Source: Octopus bimaculoides
Lineage: Eukaryota
DNA: 54,534 bases
Assembly (NCBI RefSeq): GCF_001194135.2
Contig: NC_068982.1
Location: forward strand, 18,063,159 to 18,117,692
Direction of reading: 5' to 3'
The notes beneath the pieces were generated by a model, which was given only the letters and a program-made list of their open reading frames with translations, did not search any database and was not told the origin of the DNA. A program made the translations under genes and the position numbers. Below are positions 23,408-37,898 of this stretch, piece by piece (within the stretch, counting starts at the first letter, position 1; every line of letters starts with the position of its first letter).

Positions 23408-25274
23408 ACAGAGAGAGAGATAGAGCTTTTGTGTGTGTGTGGTGTTTGCATAAGAATGACAGCTTATTGGGTAAATACATGCGTCAGCTAGACAGTATAT
23501 ATTTCTTTAAAACACACAATGTATTGAAGATGCAGATATATAGGAGTAAAAGAAACAGTAATTCAGCATTTTATAAGCAACTGTGTTCCAACGAACCGTG
23601 CATATTTCCCTTCTAATTCAATCTAGAACACTTTCCTATGTATTGCCAGTAATAGAAATATTTTAAATTCTTTTAGCTTATTATTAATTCTTTTCCATTA
23701 TTTTCTGTGGAGGACTTCATTTCCGAATTTTCGTTTTCTCATTTAGTAATATGTTGGTATATTTTTTTCACATTATTCTGAATTCCAAACGTCTGATTAT
23801 ATTTCAGTGGACAGTAAACTGTTGGCTTGTCCACTGTTCATATTGGATGTCTTACCTCTGGTAAAGTTCACCGAAGTAATTCAAGAAGCCACAGGAAAGT
23901 GCCGATCGTTTTCACATCAGAATACCTGTCTCAATAACCGGTATATATTTTACAAAATAAATGAAACAAAATAATAAATCTACCTCTCCAGAATATTACT
24001 CACTATTACTGCATCCAGAAAGAAACTCCACAAATTATTCATCGTATAATTTCTTTCACAGCGTCCTCTTTAAAACATTTAGACACAATCAGTTGATGAA
24101 GATCATCTCACTGTGCAATGCCTGTAAAACACCAACAAGTCATTAATACTTCAATACATCATGCTTAGTACAACATCCTCTTTGTAGAGTAGCGATAATC
24201 CACAATATGTACCTCAAACTTCACAACCAAATAGGTTTAGAAACGAAAACTTTCTGTGCGGCTATTAATATCAACTAATATATTATCGTAATACTCTACA
24301 AGCCTCTCAAATATGATTTAGGGTTCATACAACTGCGTCTGTGAAACTATAATTGGAAAATTAGACAAATAATGAAACGTACATAATAATTAGTGGACCA
24401 GCAAATTATCAAAACGTAATCAAAACAAAACTTTTAAATCGATCTATGAAATTAATTATGGATTATTAATACATTGTTTATCCACTTATTATTTTACACA
24501 TAGACATATTCTTATACGTTGAAGTCATGTAGGAATATCTTAGGCTGTGAATCGAAAATTCTCAGTAGATAAATCTCACAACAAGATATTTCAAATCGTA
24601 CACTCTGCGAATGTAGAACGTTTTATTTTAAAGAGATACACAAATATATATTACAGATGCGATAGCATCAGCCTCGTTCAGCTATAGATCAAAATAATTT
24701 ATCTTTACATTGCATATGTGTCTGATCCTAATTAATCAAAATATCTGTGTTGTCTGTCTGCTTCCTTAACCGGAAGTAACCATTTAAATGATAATTCGTT
24801 CTCACGAAATGCGTAATTTTAATTAATCTAAAATTATTTGTCTACGTCATCGAGTTGCTGGCAGCCAGATTACTATAAAACAATATCATGTCTTCTTCCA
24901 ATATTTATGTTGTGTAGAAAGGATATATTTAATTGCCGTTAAATTTATGACAATTGTTAGCTTGCTTGAAGGCAAAATAATGGCCGAGACATTCCAGACT
25001 TTAACAATCCTTCCCAAAAAGCTTCGTGTATGGAACCCATCATCATATTAAAATATAATTTCTCAGTTTTGCGGCATTCAAAATGATTTTTTTAAAAATC
25101 AACTTTCGATTAGCAAATATTCTTCTTAATTTAACAATCGGCATTACGGAAAAGTAATTTTCAAATTGACACTACACAAAGAAAACCACATGAAGAATAC
25201 AAAAGATGTAAATACCAACATAGAACTGTTATTCACAAAACTGGCATAGGTATTCATTATATCAGAGAAACCAA

Positions 25275-25542
25275 TAATACGATTGGTGGTGCCTTGTGTC
25301 CTTCAGCAAGACACTTTATTTCACGTTGCTCCAGTCCCCTCAGCAGTCAAAAATGAGTGGTACTTGTATTTCAAAGGGCCAGCCTTGTCACACTCTGTAT
25401 TATGTTGAGTCTCCCTGAGAACTATGTTTATGGTACATGTGTCTGTGGAATGCTCAGCCACTTGCACGTTAATTTCACCAGCAAGCTTTTCCGTTGATCG
25501 TGTCAGATGGGACCCTCGTCGTCGTAATCGACGGAGTGCTCC
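25275..25542 (+). mobile_element. SINE sharing its 3' module with family C but with a different 5' body
   Basis: 25376-25540 matches the reverse complement of 30135-30292; upstream TGTGTCCTTCAGCAAGACACTTTATTTCACG differs. Confidence 0.85.
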
Positions 25543-28500
25543 TCATATATCTTCCAAAGATTAACCCCGACATTATTTCAGTTAACCAGTCACTGAGTAC
25601 AAATTCAAACAAAACGGATAGAACCAGGAAATGTAATGTAAGATGGTTTAATCTCTGTTAATTTTTGCTTATTAAAACTAGCATTCCAAAACTTTCTTTG
25701 ACATCCTTAGAAAACGCTTTCCTCCCTAACACAAATACCACAGCAACATATTTACAGTTAGCCTTTCGTATTCAACTAAACCAAATCTACTAAACAATGT
25801 AACAGATACAAACCACCAGAAAATAAAATCTAACAACTTACCACGAAAGAAAGATACTGATATTGATAATTATTATTGGATAATTCTGCTTCAAACAGAG
25901 TACGGAATTCTCAGCTATCTAAAAAAAAAAAAGCAATGACTTCGATCAACGTCAGAGAACAGATCGTTTCAGTTTAAGTCCTTCACTATTGCATTTGTCA
26001 TTTCTCCGCATCAAATTACACATCTCTGTGAACATTTCTAACTATTATTATGTCCAACATGGATTTCTCCGAGAAGTTCATATTTTAGCATAACAATATA
26101 TAGATTACCGTATTTGTCAGTGTATATTAAAAATATTAAATGCATCCAGAAATGTCCTTGTGTCTTATGCAACCTTATTACGAACTGGAGACTGTGTGTG
26201 GTAGGCCGGGTAGGCGGATAAATGTAAGTCCGTTAGCTGTAATAATTGGTACTAAAAAGCAATCAAAACCATTCAAATTATCACGTATGTTAGCATATAC
26301 TTATGAAAAGCTTACATTGCGTCAGCAGTTATTGGGTAGGGGGATTCATGCGTTCATTGTGTCTTCTCCCTCAGTATACATAATTCACACCTGATATTTA
26401 ATAACCCTGTTACGTTAAAAAAAAGAAAGCTATTTTAATTATCTACATAAAAAATTCTCTTAGAAAGATGAAAGGAATATTGAAGACTCACCTGCCTGTC
26501 AGTTATTTTCAGGGACTGGGTGACCAAATCAATTGCGGGGGCCGCCAATCTGGTGGTCGATCGCGATAACACGAAATTCTATTGCCATAGATACATATTG
26601 TACGATAGTTCAAATTTACCAAACTATAAACAACTGTGAAGTTGATCTGAAAGAAGATAAAGTTGAAATATGTTACTTCCATAACGAAATTTATTTTTAT
26701 TTATATTTGTTCATGATAAATGTATGCTTTCAAACGATGTTCATATATGCTCTGACAATATTGAATTTACACGCACAGAACCAGCCACACATTTTCCGTC
26801 AATAAAATAAAATAGAAGTGCATCTTATTTGCAGGTAAATACGGTGTTATACGGTGTTTAAATTATCGTAACATCATTTCGAAAGATGTTTCTAAGGTAA
26901 ATCAGAATTGCTAGCAAAATAACATATTTAGCACATTCAGTTAACCCTTTATTTTCCGTTCATGTAAATTAGTTTCAAAATGTCTAACGCATTTCCTTGT
27001 TGGAAATGTGCAAATTTCGGCTATTGTGTAAGGGAATTGTTGCTGAGGTATTTTTTTTTTCATTTAATTATATAAAGGTACAAGTTTCAAAGTTCCTCGG
27101 CAACATATTTCAGTCATTCGGGTAATATGTCAAAATATATTAAAGAAACAAATAAGAGACAATGTCTTCTCTCACTCTGTGTTTCTATGCGCACGCGCAT
27201 CCGTGATTGCATGTATGCCTTGCCCGTAAACCGAAAGGAGTTTCACTAAAACTTGAATAGAACATAACATAATCTTAGTAAATCAGTGAGTTTTAATTAA
27301 TTAACGACAGAAAAGAAAGGAAAATAACATCGTATTCGTTTCGGAACATTAAACATGAATGAAGTATTAAGTAAAACTGTATTTAACCTGTGAATGTTTC
27401 CTCGGTCTGCAAAGCTTATTGGTATAGAAGTTCATTAGTCTGATGAATGACTGTTTATAGGTTTTGGTGAAGGAAGTTAAATCCACTTCGCAGTAAATGA
27501 GCCATCAATTGTGATCACTCAAATAATAATACACTGGAGGGTTCCTTTTGTAAGTGATTTCGACATTAAAACAAATGTAAGAACGAAGCAATGAAAGGCA
27601 CATGCATGCTTATATACTCAAAAACTGCAATAAAATCTGAACAGGAAATAAGTATATGCTGAGTTAATAATTTGATTCAGCCTTATAGTAAACAACGTAC
27701 GCCTTACCATGTACGCGCACATATGCTCTTACAACGACGCAAATGTGTGTATGTATATAGATAGATAGGTAGATAGATATATACACACATAAAAGCGTGT
27801 GCGTGTGAACGACAGCTCCGATATATTTACACTCTATTAGACAAAAGCCTGCGATGAATATTTTGACATCAATGAAATAATTATTGGAACGAAGTGTTAG
27901 AGATATTGTAAATCTCTTTTGCCGTTTGCTTCTCCATCATCAACATGATACTAAATATTTATTTAAAATATGGAAGGAAAAAAACTGCCTCTTAAATATA
28001 AATCTAATGTTATGTTTGACATGAGAAACAAAAATCATGTATACTACGTTCTTCTGTGCCATCATACACACGCATATATATACTTGTAATTGTTCATAAT
28101 TTTCTCTTTAATTCAATTTCCCATGTTCTTGTCATGGTGTACATTCTCATTTTTCTGCCGTGCTATAATGTGTTACCTTTATTTTTCTCCTTCTCCTTTT
28201 TGCTTGTAATATTGTACACATTGTATCTAACACTTTGCTATTAATCTCTTTTCTGTTCCTCGTTTATTGGATGTTGAATAAGCCCTGCATTGATGTTTAC
28301 ATTTCAATATTTATGCATTTTAATGAATAAATCCGATTTTAAATTCCAAATTAAACTATATTCTAGTTCAATAATACTAATGGTTTTCCGATGTATACCG
28401 CTACACTATAAAATTACAAAAATTATATTAAAGTTCACTGTCAAAGAAGCCATCAGAATTTTATAATTGATGCATCTGAAATTGAAGCTACTGTTGATTC

Positions 28501-29368
28501 TTCTATGACAGGTAAATACAATTTAGTACCGAATCTCTCGGAGATTTATCGCAGTATTGAATAAACCTAGCATTTATCTTAACCACGCGTGCCATTTGAA
28601 TCTCATTCAGCATGTATGAATGTCAAATAAGATTATTCACTTAAACGTCTAATACTATTAACTTAGAATTTTCCAAAAAATCAATGTTTCACTTTCGTCG
28701 GACATGCGACCTAGAATATAAGGTAAGATCTCAGGAAAGTCCAATCGATTAGCAAATTTTCTATTACCTGTTTAAAAACACTGATTAAAAAGATAGAATT
28801 AGCTAAAGAAGATGACTGAAGTGAACCAATGACATGTCTATAGATGAATACGTCAATACGCTAACTATTGAATGGAGGATGCTAGAAATTCTCAATTAAA
28901 TAAAAGTTAGCACTGACATTCTGGAAAAGAAAAACAAAACACTTTTAAAGTGGTAATTGTTAGCATATGTTAAGAAAGCGGGCAGAACTAAAAATTTAAG
29001 TTACAAGAATTATATAATTGTTTGGGGAAAGCACGATTTTTTGAAGACAATTTGATATCTACTGACATGCATCAACTAACTGGACATCGAAAGCGAAATG
29101 TTTTCATACATGACGAAAGTTCGATTTATCAGTTCCTCCTCTTTTTTTTTTATTATGCATATTACTGACAGTTTATCTAATTCACTATGCATCTGTAATA
29201 GTTTGCGATAAAACATGTTTACTTTTGCACATATTGGTCGAAGTATCCCAGCATATGAGTAGAAATTGCACATATTGGTTTTGATGGACCGTCCTTTCGC
29301 TTCAATAACGATAAATACTGAAAATTGTATAACTGAACAATACTGACACCATTATAGGAAGTAGATAC

Positions 29369-29550
29369 GTCGGCGAGCTGGCAGAATCTTTAACCTTCTG
29401 GACGAAATAATTACCAGCATTTCGTCTGTCTGTACTTTCTGAGGTCAAATTCCACCGAGTTCAACTTTGCCTTTCATATTTTCGGGGTCGAGAAAAGAAA
29501 TTCCACTTGAAGACTAGTCGATATAAGTGACTAGTCCCTATCCCAAAATT
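29369..29550 (+). mobile_element. SINE family B
   Basis: GGCGAGCTGGCAGAATC head, GAGGTCAAATTCC B-box-like motif, TTTGCCTTTCAT body. Confidence 0.9.
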
Positions 29551-29944
29551 AAAAATCCAGCATCTTAACTGATATACAAGAAAGTATATTTATTACTAAA
29601 TATTTACTTTTAATGACCATACCACGCTGATGTTATGCAGTTCAGGCCTTCCATATATGGTATATATACAGAGATGTGTTTTTTACGTATATTTAGAGTT
29701 GAAGCATTGGTGTAACTATAATCTTCTGTTGATATAATGAATTAACTTTCTTTATGTCAAAAATTCGTAGATATGCAATTATATTGTAGAACGCATAGCA
29801 TGCATATTAAAATAGACATTAAAAATAATTCATTACACGCTGAAATTATTGTTACACAATGAAGGCTGAGAAACAGCTGTAATCTTAAAAACGATAAGTG
29901 CTTATATAAATAAATTAACATCTCATTTCTCGTAACTTTGTATG

Positions 29945-30860
29945 ATATATCATAATCTGGTCGAGAGCTCGGATATTTTTAAGCTGCACACGACATCCAC
30001 CTCCATCCTGCATTAATTGACGTAGGTCTTCAGGTCAGCATCCAGTGTCTGTATGGTGTTGATCTACATGCGTTGTGTTCGGACCACCTACTTAAGTGTA
30101 GTCAAGTTCTCGCAACGATGTTGTTGGCAATCCATCGGTTACGACGACGAGGGTTCCAGCTGATCTGATCAACGGAACAGCCTGCTCGTGAAATTAACGT
30201 GCAAGTGGCTGAGCACTCCACAGACACGTGTACCCTTAACGTAGTTCTCGGGGATATTCAGTGTGACACAGTGTGACAAGGCTGACCCTTTGAATTACAA
30301 GCACAACAGAAACGGGAAGAAAGAGTGAGAGAAAGTTGTGGTGGAAGAGTACAGCAGGGTTCGCCACCATCCCCTGCCGGAGCCTCGTGGAGCTTTAGGT
30401 GTTTTCGCTCAATAAACACTCACAACGCCCGGTCTGAGAATCGAAACCGCGATCCTATGACCGCGAGACCGCTGCCCTAACCACTGGGCCATTGCGCCTC
30501 CACTCTCGCAACGACAGTAGTAGGCTATTTGCCGACTCTTGTTTAGCATGCCAGCAATGTTCCACAAAGCGAAAGCGCCTTTCCCTAATAATGGTGAAAT
30601 CAAGCAGGAGATCCCCATACAATTGTTTCATGATGGCGTGATTTTTCCAAGATATGTTACAGACTGTTCTTAATAGTTGTGTGTAAGTTCTATCTAACCC
30701 GTTTTACAGAAACATTCCTCTGAAGGTTGTGTGACAGGTTTGATTTCCAGATAACATCAAGTCTGTGTAGTACTGACCACACTATAGCTGTGTGAGTAGA
30801 AAACTATCCTAGTGTCTTAACGATTTTTCAAGCCGCTCATATGGAGAAAGGTGTTCACCT
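29945..30860 (-). mobile_element. RTE-clade LINE 3' fragment, interrupted by a SINE
   Basis: WSVLHRLDVIWKSNLS; open frame LDRTYTQLLRTVCNISWKNHAIMKQLYGD...IRERRFRFVEHCWH; past the SINE, GGPNTTHVDQHHTDTGC*PEDLRQLMQD. Confidence 0.85.
30119..30503 (-). mobile_element. tRNA-derived SINE family C, full length, 11-bp TSD
   Basis: Head GGAGGCGCAATGGCCCAGTGGTTAGGG...GTTTCGATTC; TCTCGCAACGA duplicated at 30108-30118 and 30504-30514. Confidence 0.95.
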
Positions 30861-31961
30861 CAAGTTTTAAAAACATTTCGTTTTGTTCAAGGGGATTCTC
30901 GAAAATTCGCGAAAATGAAACGATGAATCAAAGAATCTCTTGATTCATTGACTCATTGTGTTATATACGTAGATTTACGAGAAACCCGTGAAAGAAGCGA
31001 AACTGTTTTCAAAAATGGAGGCAAAAGTCTTTCTCCTTCTGATCGGATAGAAAATTGTTAAGACACTGGGATACTTTTCTGCTATACTTAACATGAAATC
31101 AATGGTAGCCTTAATTCACAAATAAAGAATTGCATTGTTGAGCTCTTATTTCCATTGTTCGACATTTACATATATACATATATATAGATATGTATGTGTG
31201 TGTATATGCATATATATAGATATGCATATATATATATATATATANNNNNNNNNNNNNNNNNNNNNNNNNNNNNNNNNNNNNNNNNNNNNNNNNNNNNNNN
31301 NNNNNNNNNNNNNNNNNNNNNNNNNNNNNNNNNNNNNNNNNNNNNNNNNNNNNNNNNNNNNNNNNNNNNNNNNNNNNNNNNNNNNNNNNNNNNNNNNNNN
31401 NNNNNNNNNNNNNNNNNNNNNNNNNNNNNNNNNNNNNNNNNNNNNNNNNNNNNNNNNNNNNNNNNNNNNNNNNNNNNNNNNNNNNNNNNNNNNNNNNNNN
31501 NNNNNNNNNNNNNNNNNNNNNNNNNNNNNNNNNNNNNNNNNNNNNNNNNNNNNNNNNNNNNNNNNNNNNNNNNNNNNNNNNNNNNNNNNNNNNNNNNNNN
31601 NNNNNNNNNNNNNNNNNNNNNNNNNNNNNNNNNNNNNNNNNNNNNNNNNNNNNNNNNNNNNNNNNNNNNNNNNNNNNNNNNNNNNNNNNNNNNNNNNNNN
31701 NNNNNNNNNNNNNNNNNNNNNNNNNNNNNNNNNNNNNNNNNNNNNNNNNNNNNNNNNNNNNNNNNNNNNNNNNNNNNNNNNNNNNNNNNNNNNNNNNNNN
31801 NNNNNNNNNNNNNNNNNNNNNNNNNNNNNNNNNNNNNNNNNNNNNNNNNNNNNNNNNNNNNNNNNNNNNNNNNNNNNNNNNNNNNNNNNNNNNNNNNNNN
31901 NNNNNNNNNNNNNNNNNNNNNNNNNNNNNNNNNNNNNNNNNNNNNNNNNNNNNNNNNNNNN

Positions 31962-32041
<80 letters not shown>

Positions 32042-32987
32042 TATGTATACAGATATATATGTGTATATACATATGTATGTATTGGTAAATATGTTAACAT
32101 ATAGATTCATTTGCAGTCTATAGTAAACAGTTTGTATGAACGACAGGTTTCACAATTTTTACAGCATTTCTACACAATTTACTTGAATTCTATTTTCGTA
32201 GCTTGATTAGCGTTTGAACTTTTGCATTTCATATGCAATTATCTGTGCACACACGAAAATAATTTTACATTTCTACGTAAACAGTTACTCAATTGTGTGC
32301 CATTCTTCTAAATTCATTTACTGCATTGTTCAAAAGACATTTCCAAATAGCGGAATCTATATTTTCTTAATCATCATTATATATAGAAATGATTTAAAAA
32401 CAGAAGAATTTTCTTTTAAAGTGTGTACGTTGAAATATTTCAAGTATATGTGTTGCATATATTAGGAAGTAGTCTTCAAATAATTTTTCTTTTCTTTTGG
32501 AAGGGAATCTGATGGAAGCATTCATACGGAAGTGTAATTATTTGAAATATATTTCTGTTTCATTGTGTTTCTGCTTATTATTCTATATTTTTTTTAACAG
32601 AATAACTAAATGTCGTTGATACGCTTTCCTATAGAGCAGTATTGATATGTAATGCAACACATATTTCAATGAGACGAAAATCATTCTATACAAACCAATA
32701 CATCAGAACGAATCATCTTGTTATATTGTGAATGTTTCTATGTTGGTCTTTTGAAATTTCCTTTTATTTCCATGGCTTTCATTGCGTATGCTGGAATATA
32801 CGGACGTCTGTATGAAGATGTATTTACAAAAATCTCTTTATAGTTTATGCCATTTATGGTTTTATATATTTTCACTAAATATATTTCAGTTTTCTTGTTA
32901 ATAAAGTAAACAGACCAAATGCAACCGTTTATTTTCATACATTTCACTTTCTACACAATTTCATTTATGGACACACACGCACACACA

Positions 32988-33031
<44 letters not shown>

Positions 33032-34602
33032 AGTGCGCGTACGTATATATGATTATATATACATGTAAACAGCTATAGAGAAGCACGAACACATACGCGC
33101 ATGCATATATACATATGTGTGTGTGTTTATGTATGTGTGTATGTATGTATGCATGTACATATACATATATAGTTTATACGGTTTTCATTTCATTCACAAG
33201 CAGTTATGTAAATTTGAAATTGCATAACATTCAAAAAATATGAAAGAAGAAAATTGCCTAAAGCTCTGTAATCGCTATTGAATATAGTGATACCTATGTA
33301 TGAGTTGTCAGCGCTTGTATTGATTAGAATCTCTGGTTTTTAACTTTTGGAACAGAATAAAAGATTAGCGCCAGTTTTTCGAAGTATAGAAAAAGTAACT
33401 TTTTTTCCGTCAGACATTCAGTATCAGGCATTAAAGATACTGATGAAGCATCAAGTATATTATGTTTAATTCAACTATCTACAAAATCCACAGATGAGTC
33501 GTTAGTATGTTCAATACTTAAATATGTATTTCACTATTCCATCTTAGTACTTAGAATAAACTATCCCAAATAACCCCAAACTTTAATCGTCGTATTTTTT
33601 ACTTCTGAAACATTTTCATTGACAGATTGAAACAAAAGCTACTCATATATCGCAGTTGGTCTTATTTCTGGGAATAATGAATATTACTGATAAAAATATA
33701 AGTACACGGTGTTCATAAATTATATTCACACTTACAATTTACTAGTTTCTATTAAAGTTGGGACCTATGAATCAACTTCTTTGAGTGTTAAATATATATT
33801 ATTAAAGTTTTAATTTGTTAGCCTATTTGTTCATTAAATTCTGCCGAGATGTCTTCGGTTTATCGACTGTTTTCGAAATTTTGAAAGTCTAAAGATATTT
33901 TATGGAAATCCGGTATCGTTACGAAAGTTTGAGGGCGTTTAGGATGGGATAGATATTTCATGAAATCAATTTGCTAACAGATTACAGGTGCTGATTACCG
34001 CCCATCAATTTAGACACTCATGCACGCGCACGTTTGCAATGTGAATCGAACAACAAATTTATATATATTTCAGAAAGCATCAGCTGTCACATTAAAATTT
34101 CGATAGGAGGTTGAATCACTGGCTGTTTCGTAATTTGTTGAACCCCCACCTCAGTAGAAATATAATAGGTTATCGACTAACCTCAAAAGCACATTTTAAT
34201 GAGGTTATGCGTACAGTAATAGCTTAATTCCAAACTTTTTCGTACAGTACATGCATACTGTAGGTGCTTAATTCATGAAGAATATAATATATGCATTATA
34301 TAATGGTATTACGAACGTGAATTGGCGTAAATGTATTAGAAGTTTATGTTTGTGCGTACGTAAATTTACGCATACGGGTATAGATAGGTGTGCGTAATCA
34401 CTTAGGTTATTGCATGCATAAATACATGCATATGTATGCATATCTCCGTTTGCTGTGTACACTAATGAGTGTAGTTTAGGTATTAGCGATTCAAGTGGTA
34501 GTATTGCAGCATACTGGATTTCAGAATGTAAGTACTGCTTAACAATTAATATATAATTAAAACGTGGTGGATATAAATATTATTCGTATGTATATTTCTT
34601 TA

Positions 34603-34831
34603 TTTCCCACGGGGGTGGGGGTGGGGGCGGCTAAACATAGAGGGGACAAAAAAGGACAGACAAAGAGATTAAGTCGAATACTCGACCCCAGTGTGTAACT
34701 GGTACTTATTTAATCGACCCGAAAGGATGAAAGGCAAAATCTACCTCGGCGAAATTTGAACTCAGAACGGCAGACAAAATACCGCTAAGCATTTCGCCGA
34801 CGTGCTAATGATTCTGCCAGCTCACCGCCCT
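34603..34831 (-). mobile_element. SINE family B, alternative 3' tail
   Basis: Family B head and body; tail GCTAAACATAGAGGGGACAAA... Confidence 0.92.
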
Positions 34832-34854
34832 CGCTGCTGTTAATATTTATTTAT

Positions 34855-35079
34855 TTATTGCTCACAAGGAGCTAAATATATAAAAGTCAAACAAGGCCAG
34901 AAAAAGGTATTAAGCCGATTATATTGAACCCAGTGCGTAACTCGTACTTATTTAATCAGCCCCGAAAGGGTAAAAGGCAAAATCGAAACCAGCGGAATTT
35001 GAACTCAGAACGTAACGGCAGACGAAATACCGCTAAGCATTTCGCCCGGCGTGCTAACGTTTCTGCCAGCTCACCGCCC
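34855..35079 (-). mobile_element. SINE family B, alternative 3' tail, tandem to the previous copy
   Basis: GCGGAATTTGAACTCAGAACGTAACGGCAGACGAAATACCGCTAAGCATTTCGCCCGG. Confidence 0.92.
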
Positions 35080-37861
35080 TTAGCAATCATATATATGCAC
35101 AAGAGTGTAAAGTTGTATTGTGTGTATTGATATGTGTGTTGTATGTATGTATGTATGCATGTATGTGTGTATTTAGATGTGTACATAGTATGTATGTCTA
35201 TAGATATATATAAGTGAGAGTGTATGTGTATAAATATATATTGGTTGAGAGTAAGTATGTACATGAGTGTATGTGTAGGTACGTATGTTGTTGAATACAT
35301 ATTTTGGCGCGTGTAAGTAAGTGCATTATTATATGTCCCTTTATTTTTGTGCACAAATGGAATAATGCGTGTTAATTATGGTTTTTCTCCCAACTATAGA
35401 TTCGTATTATAACTTTAGTAAGTTTTTTAGGCCAGAAATCTGTGGTCCAGCTAATTATAGATTAAAATGAAAAAAATTTTCATCTTCCACTCCGCATTCA
35501 TCTTACCACTTTAACAATTTTTCGCTTCCCTTCCCGTTCCAGTTGCCTAAATAGTTCTCATTTATAAACCGTAAACTAAGGATATTAAATTACTCTCTGA
35601 CCGATGTTCGCACATACTTAGAATCATAGAAGGTGTTTTTTTAATGATTAATTAATGCATATATTCCTCTGATTAGCACGGCTCTTTTCGCATGATGTAA
35701 TAATTCAATTCATCAATAAATAAAATACGTTTGAAACAGCTGTAGCGAGCGAACCAGTATCCACCTGTGACACACTAAATCATGTCCCAGAGCCTGAAGA
35801 TTTTTTGGAGACACAAAGCACATTATCAAAAATCAGTGTCTCATTAGCAAGAAACTATTAGCAGCACTTATTGTAACACAGCGTGCATCCTGTGATATTT
35901 ATCTGTACTTTTTTGTTGATCCTATATGCATATTTCATTTATTTAGTAAATGTATAAAAGAGATTTTGGTTCCTCCTGTAAAAAGCCCGGGATAGTATCT
36001 TCGTGGAGGCATTTAGTTACGCATTACTGCACGTCATCCTTTTTCAATATTTGTTCTTCCGAAACATTTAGATGTTATGTTTGCATATAATGATTTAGAG
36101 GAACACAGATGATTTAGTATTAAGAGCTATTTGTAAACAAACGCATTATTTTGTGAATAAATTGGTTGGTTTTAAATATATCAATTTTGTGCATACCTTT
36201 GAAGAATTTTCCAAAAGAAGTTATGCATTAGCAAAAACATATTTTTAACTTAATTAACATCATTACGTATAAAGTTTTAGTTTTGTGTTTATGTTTGAAT
36301 ACATACAAAATTATTTTATCAGAAGATATTTTCTGAAATATTTGATATATTTTATTAATGATATCTATTTTATCTCCCGTTTGTTTAACATACATACAAA
36401 ACGCCGATGGGAATATAAGGAAAAGAAACTAAATAGAAAATTCTATTTAATATATTTCTATAGTATAATCATACCTACTGGCAAATTTTGTTTTTTAAAC
36501 TGAACGACGTTTCTTAATTACATAATCAACTCTTAACAAAGGTAACCATTCAGAATCCCTATTCAATTAAGTTCCTCCAATAGTATTAATAAAACTATAT
36601 TTCAAAGAAAAAAAAAAAAAAAAAAAAGAATTGCATTGAAATGTTAGCTGACGGTAGTTACATGGATATGAAGAAAATATATTAGGAAATAAAAATATAA
36701 TAAGAATTTATTTCACTTATTTAAGATCTATTTAATCTGATTCTATTTACGTTATTACGAGGTAATACATATTAATTACGTATACTAAAACATGTTCCAT
36801 TCGTATTCTGAATTACTGGGTAGATTTTGATGGATGTTTAATTTGTTTTTCTGTATTTTTTATAGTTTATGGTTTGATATATAAAATATAGATCGGTTGT
36901 ATAAACGATATTAAGAACTGGTTATTGATTAGTACCGATTATTGATAGTGAATATCTTACTCAATTACTCAGATAAAGGGATATACAGTAATCCTTCGCC
37001 ATTTCGTTGTTCACCTATCGCGGTTTATTATTATACTTACGTCGATTCCTCTGTAGTGTTGTTTTGCATTTATAATAAATTAAATATATACACGCTATAA
37101 AAATAATTTTAAAAATATACAGTGCAGTACTATTTCCACTTCGCCGATTTTCCCCTATCGCAGGGGTTTTTGCAACGTAACACGCGCGATTGTGGAAGGA
37201 TTAGTGTGTAACAAAAATTTTAAACACTTTAACCATTAAATATCTAACGCAACCCATGTTCACTCTAAATGAAGGCACATTTTCACCATTAAATTACGAT
37301 TACAGCTTCATCAAAGAATTTAAGCAATATAATTAAAAGAAATATGAAATATTTTTAAAAATAGTTATACTCGATTATTCAATGGTATTCGGGTCTCGGG
37401 TCATTTCCTCGTTTTTGGTCAATAAATTTCTTTATGGATTCTCTATACGTTGATATTTGTGCTGAATTAAAATTGATATGAAAGAAATTAATTGCGTGTA
37501 CTTTTACAAAATATATTTCTAAAACATTGTGGCATGATTCAGATATAGAATACGTGACAACTCAGTACTACACAATCTATATGCAAGCAGTATATATTAC
37601 AAATAATCACCCAGTCATGGACTCTGTCTTTCTTTCTTTCTCTCTGTCTCTCATACACAGAGACTAATACACAAACACATATATATTACTCAGGTCAAAT
37701 CTCTGAATACATAATTTTGAAATTAAATCGAATTAGCAAATGCACTGTTTGATCAAATGTCTACAACTATGTGACAGATATGAAAACTAAGTGGACATCT
37801 GCTTGAGATTCTATTACATTTTATTGACTGGATTAGTGCTGGAATAAAATAAATTACTACA

Positions 37862-37898
<37 letters not shown>

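Noticed and set aside
24005-24121. Minus-strand segment flanked by TTTTACAG and GTGAGT
   Set aside because: Closed in all frames; such signal pairs are expected by chance, so it needs RNA evidence.
30549-30672. Plus-strand MPAMFHKAKAPFPNNGEIKQEIP ORF and nearby splice-like signals
   Set aside because: It is antisense to a clear RTE LINE frame.
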